From a virus (Duplodnaviria; Caudoviricetes), in the IMG/VR virus record IMGVR_UViG_3300028048_000092, positions 1-64,000 of that record: a stretch of DNA of 64,000 bases; one strand, written 5' to 3'. This document shows positions 19,398 to 29,947 of this stretch, piece by piece. Every line of letters begins with the position of its first letter. Positions within the stretch are counted from its first letter, which is position 1. Under the pieces are notes generated by a model. That model did no database searches, was not told the DNA's origin, and saw only the letters and a list, made by a program, of their open reading frames with translations. The translations under genes and the position numbers were made by a program.

Positions 19398-20801
19398 ATG
19401 GAAAGCGACTTTAATATTTGTCTAGCGACAGATAGCTACAAGATTTGGCACTGGAAGGGCTATCTTCCCAATACAGAAAACAATTACGGGTATCTTGAAG
19501 CCCGCAATGGCGCACTGTTCAATAAGACAGTTTGTTTCGGTCTGCAGTATATTCTAAAGAAGTACTTAGTCGGACAGGTTGTTACCCAGGAGAAGATTGA
19601 TGAGGCTGAGAAAGAAATGGAGCAGCATCTTGGTAAAGGTTTCTTTAACCGGGAAGGCTGGGAATACATTCTCAAAAACTATGGCGGCAAGCTGCCGGTC
19701 ACTATCAGAGGTGTAGCTGAAGGGACCCCGGTAGATGTCAGCAATGTTCTTATGTCGGTAGAACTCACAAAGAATGATCCCAAGCTTTGTTGGCTCACCA
19801 ATTTCCTGGAGAGTCTCTTGCTGCATGTCTGGTATCCGATGACAGTGGCTACTCTTAGCAGAGAGCTTAAGATCCTCATTAGGGATTATATGCTGGCTAC
19901 ATGCGATGATACTAGCACACTCGATTTCAAGATGCAGGATTTTGGATTCCGCGGGGTTTCTTCTTATGAGAGTGCACAAATCGGAGGTGCCGCTTATATG
20001 ACTTCCTTTAAGGGGAGTGACACGGTACCTGCTCTGGTTATTCCAAAGAAGTACTATAACATGCAGGAGATGCCAGCATTTAGTGTAGCTGCTACGGAAC
20101 ACTCAATTATGACTGCTAGGGGAGAAGAAGGAGAATGGGATGTTGTCCAATATATTTTGGATAAGACTCCTGATGGTATTCTCAGTCTGGTTATCGACAG
20201 CTATGATTATGAGCGGTTTATAGAGAAGTGCGGGACTCGGTTTAAGGATCAGATCCTGGCAAGAGGTGGCACAACTGTATTCCGTCCTGATAGCGGAGAT
20301 CCAGTGACAGGAACTCTTCGCTGTCTTGAACTGCTGGATAAGCACTTTGGCAGCTATATCAACCATAAAGGATTTAAAGTACTTAACGATAAAGTACGAG
20401 TCCTTTGGGGAGATGGCATTGAATATCAAGGTATTCGTAACATCCTGTTTGCTATGAAGAATCATGGCTGGAGTACGGAGTGTATGGCCTGCTTTGGTAT
20501 GGGCGGGGGTCTGCTGCAGAAAGTCAACAGAGATACGCAGAGAATGGCGTTCAAGTCCTCCGCACAATTCTATGATGGCTCATGGCATGACGTGTGGAAG
20601 AAACCTAAAGACATTACTAAAGCAAGTAAGCGCGGTAGACTTGCTCTGGTTAAGGTTGGAGGGAAGTTCCGGACAATTAAGGAGGAAGATCTCGGAAACC
20701 AGCATAACTATCTTGAAGTAGTATTTAGAGATGGGGAGTTGGTAAAGGAATTTTCTTTCGAAGAAGTGAGAAACAATGTCCTTGCTTCTATTGGCGGATG
20801 A
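19398..20801 (+). CDS. nadV: Nicotinamide phosphoribosyltransferase (NAMPT)
   Basis: LATDSYK, FGLQYILK, WLTNFLES, DFGFRG, ATEHS, RPDSGDP, WGDGI, FGMGGGLLQ, SKRGRL. Confidence 0.95.
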   Translation: MESDFNICLATDSYKIWHWKGYLPNTENNYGYLEARNGALFNKTVCFGLQYILKKYLVGQVVTQEKIDEAEKEMEQHLGKGFFNREGWEYILKNYGGKLPVTIRGVAEGTPVDVSNVLMSVELTKNDPKLCWLTNFLESLLLHVWYPMTVATLSRELKILIRDYMLATCDDTSTLDFKMQDFGFRGVSSYESAQIGGAAYMTSFKGSDTVPALVIPKKYYNMQEMPAFSVAATEHSIMTARGEEGEWDVVQYILDKTPDGILSLVIDSYDYERFIEKCGTRFKDQILARGGTTVFRPDSGDPVTGTLRCLELLDKHFGSYINHKGFKVLNDKVRVLWGDGIEYQGIRNILFAMKNHGWSTECMACFGMGGGLLQKVNRDTQRMAFKSSAQFYDGSWHDVWKKPKDITKASKRGRLALVKVGGKFRTIKEEDLGNQHNYLEVVFRDGELVKEFSFEEVRNNVLASIGG

Positions 20802-20827
20802 TTCTGAAAACATTAAGGAGGTAGGAT

Positions 20828-20856
20828 TTGACGTAACAGCATATAAGATGTATAAT
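20828..20856 (+). promoter_or_regulatory. Sigma70-type promoter
   Basis: TTGACG-17 bp-TATAAT upstream of the lipoprotein gene. Confidence 0.7.
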
Positions 20857-20905
20857 AGTATTATCGCAAACCAACACATTAACAACTAACAAAAGGAAAA
20901 GAATT

Positions 20906-21223
20906 ATGATGAAAGTTTGTGTTGCACTGTGTCTGATTGGAATGACTGTAGTCTTTACTGGCTGTGGTAAGCAGGAAAAAGAAGTTAAAGCTGTGGCTAC
21001 TGCTGAGCAGGCCTATACGCAGGACGCCCAGCCTGTGAAGGCTGAAGTCAAGGAAGCTGCAAAGACGGAAGCCGTTAAAGCTGCTCCTCAGAAAGCGGAA
21101 GTTAAGAAGGGAGAGGCAGCCAAAGGTGCTGCGCAGAAAGCAGATAAGAAAGCTGCTAAAAAGGGAGCAAAAGCAGATCAGAAGAAAGAAGCTGCAAAGC
21201 CCGCAGAAGCTTCTAAGAAATAA
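20906..21223 (+). CDS. Lys/Ala-rich lipoprotein
   Basis: Signal peptide with lipobox FTGC, low-complexity AK/E tail, own promoter and terminator. Confidence 0.75.
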   Translation: MMKVCVALCLIGMTVVFTGCGKQEKEVKAVATAEQAYTQDAQPVKAEVKEAAKTEAVKAAPQKAEVKKGEAAKGAAQKADKKAAKKGAKADQKKEAAKPAEASKK

Positions 21224-21246
21224 GATTTGAAAGAGTCTTAGTAACA

Positions 21247-21285
21247 AGGCCCCGGAAGATTTCTCTTCCGGGGTTTTTCTTTTTT
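21247..21285 (+). terminator. Intrinsic terminator
   Basis: GGCCCCGGAAGA-TTTC-TCTTCCGGGGTT followed by a T tract. Confidence 0.8.
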
Positions 21286-21429
21286 GAAGTAAGAATCTTA
21301 TAGCGTATCGCTATAATTACAGACTGTAGGTTTCTACTTGCAGTATCTTCGAAGGTAACGATCCGTCGTCTTCTTAGCAGAGAGACGACGGCTCTCTAAC
21401 CTGCGAAGTTAAAGTTACGAAAGAGAGGA
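21278..21429 (+). ncRNA. Structured ncRNA family copy 2 (retron msr/msd-shaped)
   Basis: GTAA/TTAC closing pair with pyrimidine/purine extension, TAAGAATC, TATAGCG-TAT-CGCTATA hairpin, second hairpin, long rod, and TAAAGTT at 21410. Confidence 0.65.
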
Positions 21430-21435
21430 GATACA

Positions 21436-21768
21436 ATGATATATTCTGTAGACTTCGATGGCACGATAGTAGAGCATCGATTTCCGGCTATCGGTAAGCT
21501 TAAAGAGGAAGCTCTTAAGTTTCTTCAGAAGGTGCAAGAGAGCCAGAACGATGTATGGATCCTGAACACTATGCGGGAAGGTAAGAAGCTCGAAGAAGCC
21601 GTTTCTTTTCTGCATAGTGTCGGGCTTTTTCCCGATGCTGTAAACGATAATCTGGAAGAGGTAAAAGCAGAATGGGGAAATAATCCCAGGAAGATTTATG
21701 CAGATGTTTACATCGACGACCGGAACGCAGGAGGCCTGCAGTTCCCGAACTTTTTGATGGAAGTATAA
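21436..21768 (+). CDS. HAD-superfamily phosphatase (BT0820-like)
   Basis: VDFDGTIV, ILNTMREG, NPRKIYADVYIDDR. Confidence 0.85.
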   Translation: MIYSVDFDGTIVEHRFPAIGKLKEEALKFLQKVQESQNDVWILNTMREGKKLEEAVSFLHSVGLFPDAVNDNLEEVKAEWGNNPRKIYADVYIDDRNAGGLQFPNFLMEV

Positions 21769-21994
21769 TTATGCCTTTTGAAAGATCGGTAAAAACAGCA
21801 GACAAAGGGTCCGCTGAAATAGTACCATGCTGTGCAGCTTGTATACATTTGACTCTGGAAGGAGAGTGTGATTGGCGCTTTGAGCAGATACCGGAGGAAG
21901 AGGTATATGATTCCTATTGTGATATGTTCGAGGAAATTAAAGAGGAATATTGAGCGCAATTCTTGATTAAACTTTTTAGCAGGAAAGAGGTGTT

Positions 21995-22555
21995 ATGAAC
22001 ATCTTTGTAGTTGATGAAGATCCCTTCAAGGCGGCACAAAGCCTTTGTGATGCCCATGTAGTAAAGATGATCTTGGAATCTTGTCAGCTTCTCAGCACCC
22101 AAGATCGTCTGGAAGGTTATACAGAAGGTCGTTATAAGCTGACCCATGTAAATCATCCGTGTAGGAAGTGCTTGGAAAATTATTTTAACAGTGCTTGGCT
22201 TAGCTTACATCTGGAAGGCTTGCTTAAGGAATATACATATAGGTACGGTAAGGAACATAAGTGCCAGCCTTTGTTCGATGCTTTGTGGAAGGTAAAGTCG
22301 GTATTGGTTCCTCCTTTATGTATACTGATAGAAGGTCCGAGTATTGATCACCTAGTCAGGTGTAAAGTAGCCTATTGGACCAACTTTCCGCAGTGCATGC
22401 CTGATGAGTATAAAGTAGCACCTTCTATAGCTACATGCATAAGCGGACGCATCCGCGATACTGTTATAGCCTATAGGAACTACTACAGATACAAAGCGCG
22501 AACTTTGAAAAGGTTTAAATATACAAAAAGGGAAGAACCGGAGTGGTTGAAATGA
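21995..22555 (+). CDS. Pyrimidine-dimer DNA glycosylase / DenV-like family protein
   Basis: MNIF..D.DP..AA..LCD.HVVKMILESCQLLST, TH.NHPC, FPQCMPDEYK, AYRNYY. Confidence 0.75.
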   Translation: MNIFVVDEDPFKAAQSLCDAHVVKMILESCQLLSTQDRLEGYTEGRYKLTHVNHPCRKCLENYFNSAWLSLHLEGLLKEYTYRYGKEHKCQPLFDALWKVKSVLVPPLCILIEGPSIDHLVRCKVAYWTNFPQCMPDEYKVAPSIATCISGRIRDTVIAYRNYYRYKARTLKRFKYTKREEPEWLK

Positions 22556-22849
22556 AGTGGAGTAAAGTTCGTATGAGCGATGATTTATTCGCAGTTATCT
22601 GTGTAGCAACAGGAACAATTCTGTTCAGCTTAACGATGTTGGCTCTGGCGTTTATTGCTAAAGTAAAAGGGTAAGGAGGAGATATGGAACTGAGATGTGA
22701 GAACTGTAAATTCTGTGAAGTGAGATGCGACAGCTGGGACTACGAGGAAATAGATTGGAGCGAAGCTTATTATTGTAAGTTCTTTCCACAAGAAATAGCT
22801 ACCAGTAAAGAGAATTGGTGCGGACAGTTTAAAACGAGAGGAAAATGAG

Positions 22850-23572
22850 ATGAAAGCGCAAAAAGAAAAAGTGTATGCAAAAGGCTTCAAAGGATTTAAT
22901 CCCGGGATGACCTGTAGAGGCAAACAGTACAAGGAAGATACTGTTTTTACAGAAAAGGAAGCAAAAATGTGTGAGAAAGGCATGCATTTTTGTGAGAGCC
23001 CTTTGGCAGTTCTTGGTTATTATCCTTTATTGAACGATAACGGGGAGTTAAGCGAGTTCGCGAAGGTTGAAGCGCTTGCTCCTGTTGAAACTGAAGAAAA
23101 TAAGAGTGTTACAACTAAGCTTAAAGTGGGAAAGAAGCTGAGTCTTGGGGAGTTTATTAGAGAGGCTGTTAAATTCTTACTTGGGAAAGGTACAACCGAG
23201 CGTACGAAGGCATCTTCAGGGAGCTACTCCAAATTGGCAGCTTCAGGAGATGACTCCAAACTGGCAGCTTCAGGAGCTGGTTCCAGCCTGGCAGCTTCAG
23301 GGAGCTACTCCAAATTGGCAGCTTCAGGAGATGCCTCTATAGTTGTGTCTGCTGGGCGGTTCTGTTCTGTTCAAGTAGGAAAGGCTCACTGTATAGCAGC
23401 CTCAATGGGTGAAGGTGGAAGAGTTAAAGGCGCTCTGGGTGCCTCTCTTGTGTGTGCTGAATGGGACTCCCGGACGTTATTGTGTGTTAAGCACGCTAAA
23501 GTAGACGGCAAGAGAATTAAGGCGGACACATGGTACACCGTCAAGAACGGTAAGTGGGTAAAGGAGGAATAA
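22850..23572 (+). CDS. Conserved phage protein (DUF7666-like) with 11-aa SKLAASG repeats
   Basis: KGF...MTCRGKQY, CEKGMHFCE.PL.V..YY, four 33-bp repeats at about 23211-23330, VDG..IKADTWY. Confidence 0.75.
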   Translation: MKAQKEKVYAKGFKGFNPGMTCRGKQYKEDTVFTEKEAKMCEKGMHFCESPLAVLGYYPLLNDNGELSEFAKVEALAPVETEENKSVTTKLKVGKKLSLGEFIREAVKFLLGKGTTERTKASSGSYSKLAASGDDSKLAASGAGSSLAASGSYSKLAASGDASIVVSAGRFCSVQVGKAHCIAASMGEGGRVKGALGASLVCAEWDSRTLLCVKHAKVDGKRIKADTWYTVKNGKWVKEE

Positions 23573-23594
23573 TCAAAGAGGAAAGGAAAATGAG

Positions 23595-24731
23595 ATGAAA
23601 ATGAAGTACTTTGTGTGTCCCTCTTGTAAGGGAAGACACAATCTGGAAGAGGTCATTGTGGATGCGACTGTCTACAATGAAGTTAAGTGGCTGGATAAAG
23701 AGGGTCTTTGTTACGGGCCTGTTGGAAATATCAAGGGTGGGACTATTCTTCAATACCAGTGTGCAGGCTGCGGATATGTTCTTCGCGGGATTAACACCCC
23801 TGAAGACCTGCAGAAGTACCTTGAAGAGAACGGAAAGGGTTGAGATATGTCGCATGCAACATGTTTAGTAATTATGCAGGAAGAGGATTCCCTGGATGAG
23901 ATCATGGCTCCTTATGACGAAAACAGCGACGATCCTCGTTATGTAAAATTCATAGATAGAACCGCTAGCCTTAAGCAGAGTGCGAAGGAACAAAATAAAA
24001 GCTTGAGACAAGTAGCTGAAGAATGGAGTTACATAGAGAAGGCTCCCGGTACAAATAAATGGGGTTATATCGGGAATCCAAATGGTTACTGGGATTGGTG
24101 GACAGTCGGAGGCAGATGGAATGGGTATCTCAAATTGAAAGATACTATAAAATATGGAAATATGGTTATTCCCCCGTATGCTCTTTCAGGCCCACCAGAC
24201 GAGGCAAATCCTTATCCTTATCCTTACCCCGGCTGTAATAGTTGTATTTTGGAGGATTTTGATTACGAAGGACAGAAGGCAGCGCTGGGAGTGGAACATC
24301 TGTTCTTTTCTGTTATAAAGAACGGCAAATGGTATTCCGGGGGGCTGATGGGCTGGTTTGGCTACGCCGATATTCGTGGGCCGCGCTGGGATGAGAAGGA
24401 AGCAAAACTTATTGCTAGCGCCTCTAAAAAGTCCAAGGCAGTCCTTGTGGATTTTCATATTTGAGGAGAACATATGGCAGTGAGGGAAGTTATTCTACCT
24501 GCAGAGGCTGCTCTGTATTGCCCTAAATGTAAACAGATACAGCCTGTGCAGGCAAATATGTATAACATGGAATATGCAAAATCCGGTATCCTTGTATATT
24601 CTGATCATTGTGAGATAGATTGGAATACTATGGATATCTCCGGCGATTTTGAGTATGTCTGCGATATGTGCGGTAATAAGCTCGCAGCAGACCTAGAAGA
24701 TTTGCACAAAAAGATAAAGGAGGAAAAATGA
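23595..24731 (+). CDS. Three small genes (23595-23843 and 24474-24731 Zn-ribbon-like; 23847-24464 with NPN..WDWW.VGGRW motif)
   Basis: CxxC pairs; common phage motif in the middle ORF. Confidence 0.7.
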
Positions 24732-25576
24732 GTAGTTTGAAGTTTGAGTTTGAGGGCACTACTTATAATGTGCCTTGTATGCCTAAGAAGGATTGGAGCG
24801 AATGGATGTTAGGTACCGTTAAGTGCGAAGGTTACGGTTGTAAAGCTATATGTACAGGCCGCTGTATTTATTCTAATGTTAATACAGAAGCCCGTAAAGC
24901 CTTCTATTATCAGTGCTTCCCAGAAGAAGCTCCCAAAGAGAAACCTTCTTGTGAGAATTGTAAGAACTACAGCCCCGAAGAAGAGCCTAAGAAGGAACTC
25001 CCCAAGCTCACTAAAGCAGTCTTTGATAGAGAAGACTGCCCTGAGTGGGCTAACTATGCTGCTGTAGATAGAGATGGCAAAACTTTTTGGCATATGGATA
25101 ACCCTAAGGCGCACAGAGTTTATGGGATCTGGATAGCAGGTAGTAAAAAGTCTGCTCGAATCACAGGCAGGTTTGACAGTTCTGACTGGGAGCACTCTCT
25201 TATAGAGCGGGACAGGACTGTTTCCTGTAGTTCCTTGAAATGGCCTACCTGGTTCAAGTACAGCAAAACAGCTGGAAAGTATTATGTCATGCGTTCTGCT
25301 GAGAAGTATTTTATAGTAGGAACTGTGCTTGCAGTAGAGGAGGTACCTTATGATGTAGTTGATGTTAATCCCTTCTTTAAGTATCCTGCTGCACTGGTTG
25401 GAGAGAAAGTGAGGGCGCTTTGGTCAGAGAACCATGAGGTATCTATGGTAATAGCGGCCAGTAATAGGGGTGTCACACTGGGAGGAGAACTAGAGGAACG
25501 CTCTATTGGAAGCTTTATTATGTCTTTTGCTTCGTGTGCAGATATTCCTCTCTGTTCATTCAAGGAGGTAAAATGA
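24728..25576 (+). CDS. Paralog family A protein
   Basis: Shares the N-terminal Cys module, EAPKEKPSCENC linker and CPEWA domain with 10709 and 26169. Confidence 0.75.
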   Translation: MSSLKFEFEGTTYNVPCMPKKDWSEWMLGTVKCEGYGCKAICTGRCIYSNVNTEARKAFYYQCFPEEAPKEKPSCENCKNYSPEEEPKKELPKLTKAVFDREDCPEWANYAAVDRDGKTFWHMDNPKAHRVYGIWIAGSKKSARITGRFDSSDWEHSLIERDRTVSCSSLKWPTWFKYSKTAGKYYVMRSAEKYFIVGTVLAVEEVPYDVVDVNPFFKYPAALVGEKVRALWSENHEVSMVIAASNRGVTLGGELEERSIGSFIMSFASCADIPLCSFKEVK

Positions 25577-26157
25577 GTAGTGGAAGTACGTTTACAATTC
25601 TTCAAAAAAGGGCTGACTATGAGCTTGCATCTTCAAAGATGCTTCAAGATGCCACCGAAGGGTATAGAAAGGATATAGAGTCCGGAGGTCCTTACAAGGA
25701 TAAGAAGCTTCCTTCTTTGGTGAGCTGGAAGGATAAGTTCATAGAGACGGATACCAAGATCCTTTGGCAGGAGGTCGCTGAGACTACGTTCATCAGTGAC
25801 TTCACAGTCCTTAAGGACGAGTGGCACATGAACCCATACGACTGGGACCTCAACAGACACGTCGTTTCCCCTGAAGAAGCTTTTCAGCTGAATCAGGCAG
25901 CTCAATATATCATTGACAGAGAGTGGTCACCAAAAGTAGAAGATCTGCTCGGTAATCCGTTTATATCTGTCTTCAGAGAAGAAGGGTACTTTATCCAGAA
26001 TCTTAAGAAGGCGGATGTAATGGAAACGGGAATGCTGTATGATATCAAGCGTCTTAAGGAAGTTACAGGGGCCTATCTATATCTTATACACTCGGATACC
26101 TGCGATCCATACAGACAAGATAAAAGTGAATTCAAGCTGGTTTATACAGCTTGGTAA
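25573..26157 (+). CDS. Hypothetical protein
   Basis: ATG with AAGGAGG RBS overlapping the upstream stop. Confidence 0.65.
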   Translation: MSSGSTFTILQKRADYELASSKMLQDATEGYRKDIESGGPYKDKKLPSLVSWKDKFIETDTKILWQEVAETTFISDFTVLKDEWHMNPYDWDLNRHVVSPEEAFQLNQAAQYIIDREWSPKVEDLLGNPFISVFREEGYFIQNLKKADVMETGMLYDIKRLKEVTGAYLYLIHSDTCDPYRQDKSEFKLVYTAW

Positions 26158-26168
26158 AGGAGGAAAAA

Positions 26169-26813
26169 ATGGATAATTTGAAGTTTGAGTTCGAGGGTAC
26201 TTCTTATGATGTGCCTTGTATGCCTGAGAGAGATTGGAAGTGGATGCTCGATGAATTTGGTTACTGTAAGCGAGCTTTTGTTTTTTGTTTCGGAAAGGAC
26301 TGTTGTAGCTGTATTTATTCCCGCGGGGATTTACAGAGTGCCCGTGCACGCAAAGCCTTCTATTATCAGTGCTTCCCAGAAGAAGCTCCCAAAGAGAAGC
26401 CTTCTTGCGAGAATTGCAAGAACTACAGCTCTAAAGAAGCGCCTAAGAAGGAACTCCCTAAGTTAACCAAAGAAGTCTTTAACAGAAAAGAGTGCCCTAA
26501 ATGGGCCCGCTGGGCAGCTGTAGATATGTATGGAAATGCCTGTTGGTATAGAATTTGCCCTGTACTTAGCAAGAACGTCGGGGAGTCTTGGACAGGCTCT
26601 GTGTATGAACTTATAGATGGAAAATGGGATGCCACTAATTGGAAACACTCTGCTATAGAGAAACCCGTTTATTCCGGATATAGAGTGATCGCTGCAAACG
26701 AGCTGGTTATTTTAGAGGAAAAGGTTGAAAAATATCTGGAGAAGGGTTGGCGTCCCTTAGGCGGGGTTACACAGGCAGATCGTTCCTATTTACAAGCTCT
26801 AGTAAAAGACTGA
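26169..26813 (+). CDS. Paralog family A protein with C-terminal DUF1737-like domain
   Basis: Family A modules followed by YRVI......LEEKV..YL..GW.PLGGV. Confidence 0.72.
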   Translation: MDNLKFEFEGTSYDVPCMPERDWKWMLDEFGYCKRAFVFCFGKDCCSCIYSRGDLQSARARKAFYYQCFPEEAPKEKPSCENCKNYSSKEAPKKELPKLTKEVFNRKECPKWARWAAVDMYGNACWYRICPVLSKNVGESWTGSVYELIDGKWDATNWKHSAIEKPVYSGYRVIAANELVILEEKVEKYLEKGWRPLGGVTQADRSYLQALVKD

Positions 26814-26823
26814 GGAGAAAGAA

Positions 26824-27192
26824 ATGAGAGAAGTAAACTTCAGAGAGCTATATGCTAAGCAGACCTGGGAAGAGAGAGCCAAGGTGCTTGATGTTAGAGC
26901 CAGAATTTTCCGTGTTCTTGATTATATGGAAAAGGTCACAGAGAGTTATAAGGAGGCCAAGAAGAAGCATAAGAAAGGTGTCAAGGAGTACAAGCAGACT
27001 TTGAAAGATCTCGCAGCATCTTTGGAAGAAGCTGAAAATGATCTTCAGAGAGCCTGGGGGCTTGAGGCAGATCCGAACTGGCATACCTATTGGTTAGCAC
27101 CCTCTGCATGTACTTGTCCGAGGCTGGATAACTATGATCGTTTAGGCTTCGGTAGGATTTTCTCTGCTGACTGTCCTATTCACGGTAAGTAA
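26824..27192 (+). CDS. Conserved phage protein (Cys/His C-terminal motif)
   Basis: LQ.AWG...D..WH.YW.....CTCP.LDN........CPIHG. Confidence 0.7.
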   Translation: MREVNFRELYAKQTWEERAKVLDVRARIFRVLDYMEKVTESYKEAKKKHKKGVKEYKQTLKDLAASLEEAENDLQRAWGLEADPNWHTYWLAPSACTCPRLDNYDRLGFGRIFSADCPIHGK

Positions 27193-27197
27193 TATAT

Positions 27198-27422
27198 GAT
27201 CTGCTGTTGCTGATTTAAGACTCTATGAAGGTTCTTCATAATAGCGTTGTGTTAATATCACATTGCACAAGCCAATTCTCTTACCACGAGTTACACAAAT
27301 TTATTATTTAATTTAGTGCGGTATGGCCTTCAAATAAGACTATAAATAGGGCATTAAATGAAATAATAAATTAGTTCCACCGTTGTAAGAGAATAGTAAA
27401 GTTTAGTCAGCAACAGCAGGTC
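27198..27422 (+). ncRNA. Structured ncRNA family copy 3 (retron msr/msd-shaped)
   Basis: Terminal stem of about 20 bp, TAAGACTC, TATGAAG-GTT-CTTCATA, ATAG, second hairpin, AT-rich rod at 27276-27393, TAAAGTT. Confidence 0.78.
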
Positions 27423-27443
27423 TTTTCTTTGAAAGGAGAAGAC

Positions 27444-27809
27444 ATGATTACTATAAGATCCCTTGTTCTTTTATTGTTGGTTCACTGGTTGGCAGATTTT
27501 GCCCTGCAGACCCAAGAACAAGCTAATAACAAATACAAAGATATACTAGCCTTGGGAATGCACGCTCTTACTTACGGAGCAGCAATGACACTAGCTATTT
27601 TCTGTATCTATAAGACTCTGGCAGGCTGTATAGTCGTAGGCTGTATAATTTTTGTGTTCAGCCATTTTCTGATAGATATGTTTACATCAAAGGTTACCCA
27701 TGAATTGTATGAGCAGAAACGATATCACGACTTCTTTGTGGTAATTGGTTTTGATCAGTTACTGCATATGCTCACAATTATTTGGGTTTGTTGTGGGAAC
27801 ACAATATGA
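27444..27809 (+). CDS. DUF3307-family membrane protein
   Basis: HWLADFALQ, H..TY, HFLID, GFDQLLH. Confidence 0.8.
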   Translation: MITIRSLVLLLLVHWLADFALQTQEQANNKYKDILALGMHALTYGAAMTLAIFCIYKTLAGCIVVGCIIFVFSHFLIDMFTSKVTHELYEQKRYHDFFVVIGFDQLLHMLTIIWVCCGNTI

Positions 27810-27830
27810 GTGACAGTAAAGGAGACAAAG

Positions 27831-28424
27831 ATGGAAGATAATGTAAACCATCCGAAGCACTATGCACCGTGCTTTAAAACTAAAGAAATTGAATGTATCG
27901 ACATTACCAGGCACATGTCCTTTAGTTTGGGTAATGCATTCAAGTATGTATGGAGGGCAGGCAGCAAAGGTGACCCTTGGAAAGCCGTGGAAGATCTTTC
28001 CAAAGCCGAATGGTATCTGCATGACTACCAATATAGTACTGCACAGCTTAAAGAAGATTTGACTGTAGCTAAAGAGCTGTTTATTCTACTCGAGAGAGAA
28101 GATACGCTTAAATGGCGTGTCTTAAGAGATATCGTAACTGGTAAGATAAGAGAAGCTTTGATAGGCGTAGATTCGCTTAAAAAGGAAATGACTCCTGACT
28201 TTGTCTGGGAGAACGATCTGGTAGCAGGCGACTTCAGTGCCCGTAAGGTAGTCGAACCTGTATACTGTGATGATATTCCTTTTGAATTGCTTGAAGGAAG
28301 GAACAACAGTCCTATCGATCCGCACCTCATTCTGGATGATCCAGATCTTGCAAATAAAGTTGAGGATGCACTTAAGACTGTCAGGGAATATAAACAATTC
28401 CTGGAAACGGTGGTGCAGAGTTGA
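27831..28424 (+). CDS. DUF3310 (T7 gp1.7 nucleotide-kinase-like) domain protein
   Basis: DNVNHPKHY, IECID, F.LGNAFKY.WRAG.KG, EDL.KA.WYL. Confidence 0.8.
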   Translation: MEDNVNHPKHYAPCFKTKEIECIDITRHMSFSLGNAFKYVWRAGSKGDPWKAVEDLSKAEWYLHDYQYSTAQLKEDLTVAKELFILLEREDTLKWRVLRDIVTGKIREALIGVDSLKKEMTPDFVWENDLVAGDFSARKVVEPVYCDDIPFELLEGRNNSPIDPHLILDDPDLANKVEDALKTVREYKQFLETVVQS

Positions 28425-29947
28425 AAGAGAGATCTCTGGAAGAAATGATGTGGGAGCTTATTAGCCTGTATCCGGGTCACCATTGGGAGCTTTCTATGCG
28501 CAGAGAGTTAGACGGAGGGCACGGAGATCCTGTCTTTTGTATATATGCAGGTCTTGGAGATTATGACTATGAATCCGAGGAGTTCATACCAGTGTATATC
28601 AATAGTAAGGGTGATAAGTGTGACGAAAACGATCCTGATGCTTTTGAGTTGGCCTACTGGAGTCTTGACTGGACATACTATGATCTTGTAAAAGGGATCT
28701 ATGATGAAGTAATGAAAAGGAGGAAGGAATGAGCGGAGGAGCTTTAGATTACGCTTACAGCAGGCTTGAGATGGACGTAGCAGGTAAAATGTATGATCCT
28801 GAAATGGAGGATTTACTGCGGGATTTTACCAAGGTACTTCATGATCTTGAGTGGTGGCTTTCTGCAGATATTGCTGAAGATGACTACAGAAAGACTCTGA
28901 ATCACTTTAAAAAGAAGTGGCTCAGAGGCAACCCTGTAGACCGCTTGAAACCTCTTATTGAAGAGCGCACGGAGCAAGTAAAGAAGGAACTTATTGACAT
29001 GCTGGGAGTGTTGAAATGAACGGTGATTATTACTATGCAAATATTTACAAAGAGGATATGCGGAAGATCGCTGAGATGCTTTCCCAGCTGTCGGACATGA
29101 AAGACCGCTGGGAGGCCTATATGGAAGATACTTCTGATAATGGAGATCCTTACTTCGACTCCCAAGCTGTAATTGAGAGTATGGGGAAACTGCTGTCCTC
29201 TTTAGTAATCTACCAGCAAGAGTATGAAGTGGATCTTTCAGCCATTCCTGCAGAAGAACCCAAGAAAGGAGAACGAAAATGAATATGAATCCGGTTATTG
29301 AAAGAGTAATTGAAAAGGCCATCAATAAGGAAAGAGAGGAGCTCAAACTCTCTGTTCAGTATCTTTCAGATAACAATGTTTTTTTCGGACCCTTGCTTAA
29401 GCTCGGCGAAGCGCAGGAAAAAGAGTATGAGGATCTGTTCAACGTGCCCGGGCATCTGCCCAAGCACTTTGGAAAGATCTTTGCTGCTCTTTTCGAGAAT
29501 TATGACACTGAGCCGCCTCCTTCTTCATTTGTATGGAACGTAAAGACTGTACAGGACTGTATCGATCTAGCTGCGGTTCTTGATAGGGATCTCAATAACA
29601 ACCCTGTTGTTCTGGTGAGAGCAAAAGTTACCGGAGATCTGTTTTCTAAAGAAGAACGACAATACAGAATCTGCCATATCAATACCATCTGGAATTCCCA
29701 GGAAGGATTTAAACCCAGGGATGGTATTAATTTCTCGATCACCCAGATCCCGAAGAGTACCACAATAACTACACATACGGACAGAGTGCTTCTTACTAAG
29801 GAGCTTTTTGTGAAGATCATCGACGAGATCCTTAATATCGATAACTGGGATATTGTGGAAACAGATCCTACAGAGCATTGGCAGGAGCAGTCCTTTAACT
29901 GGGCCAAAGCTTTTGACAAGTTCTTTGAAGAGCAGTCAAATGCTTAA
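28421..29947 (+). CDS. Four hypothetical genes (28421-28732, 28729-29019, 29016-29282, 29279-29947)
   Basis: Translationally coupled ORFs with 4-nt overlaps. Confidence 0.7.

Noticed and set aside
23211-23330. 33-bp tandem repeats as a CRISPR array
   Set aside because: In-frame coding repeats (SKLAASG) with no unique spacers; no cas genes in the window.
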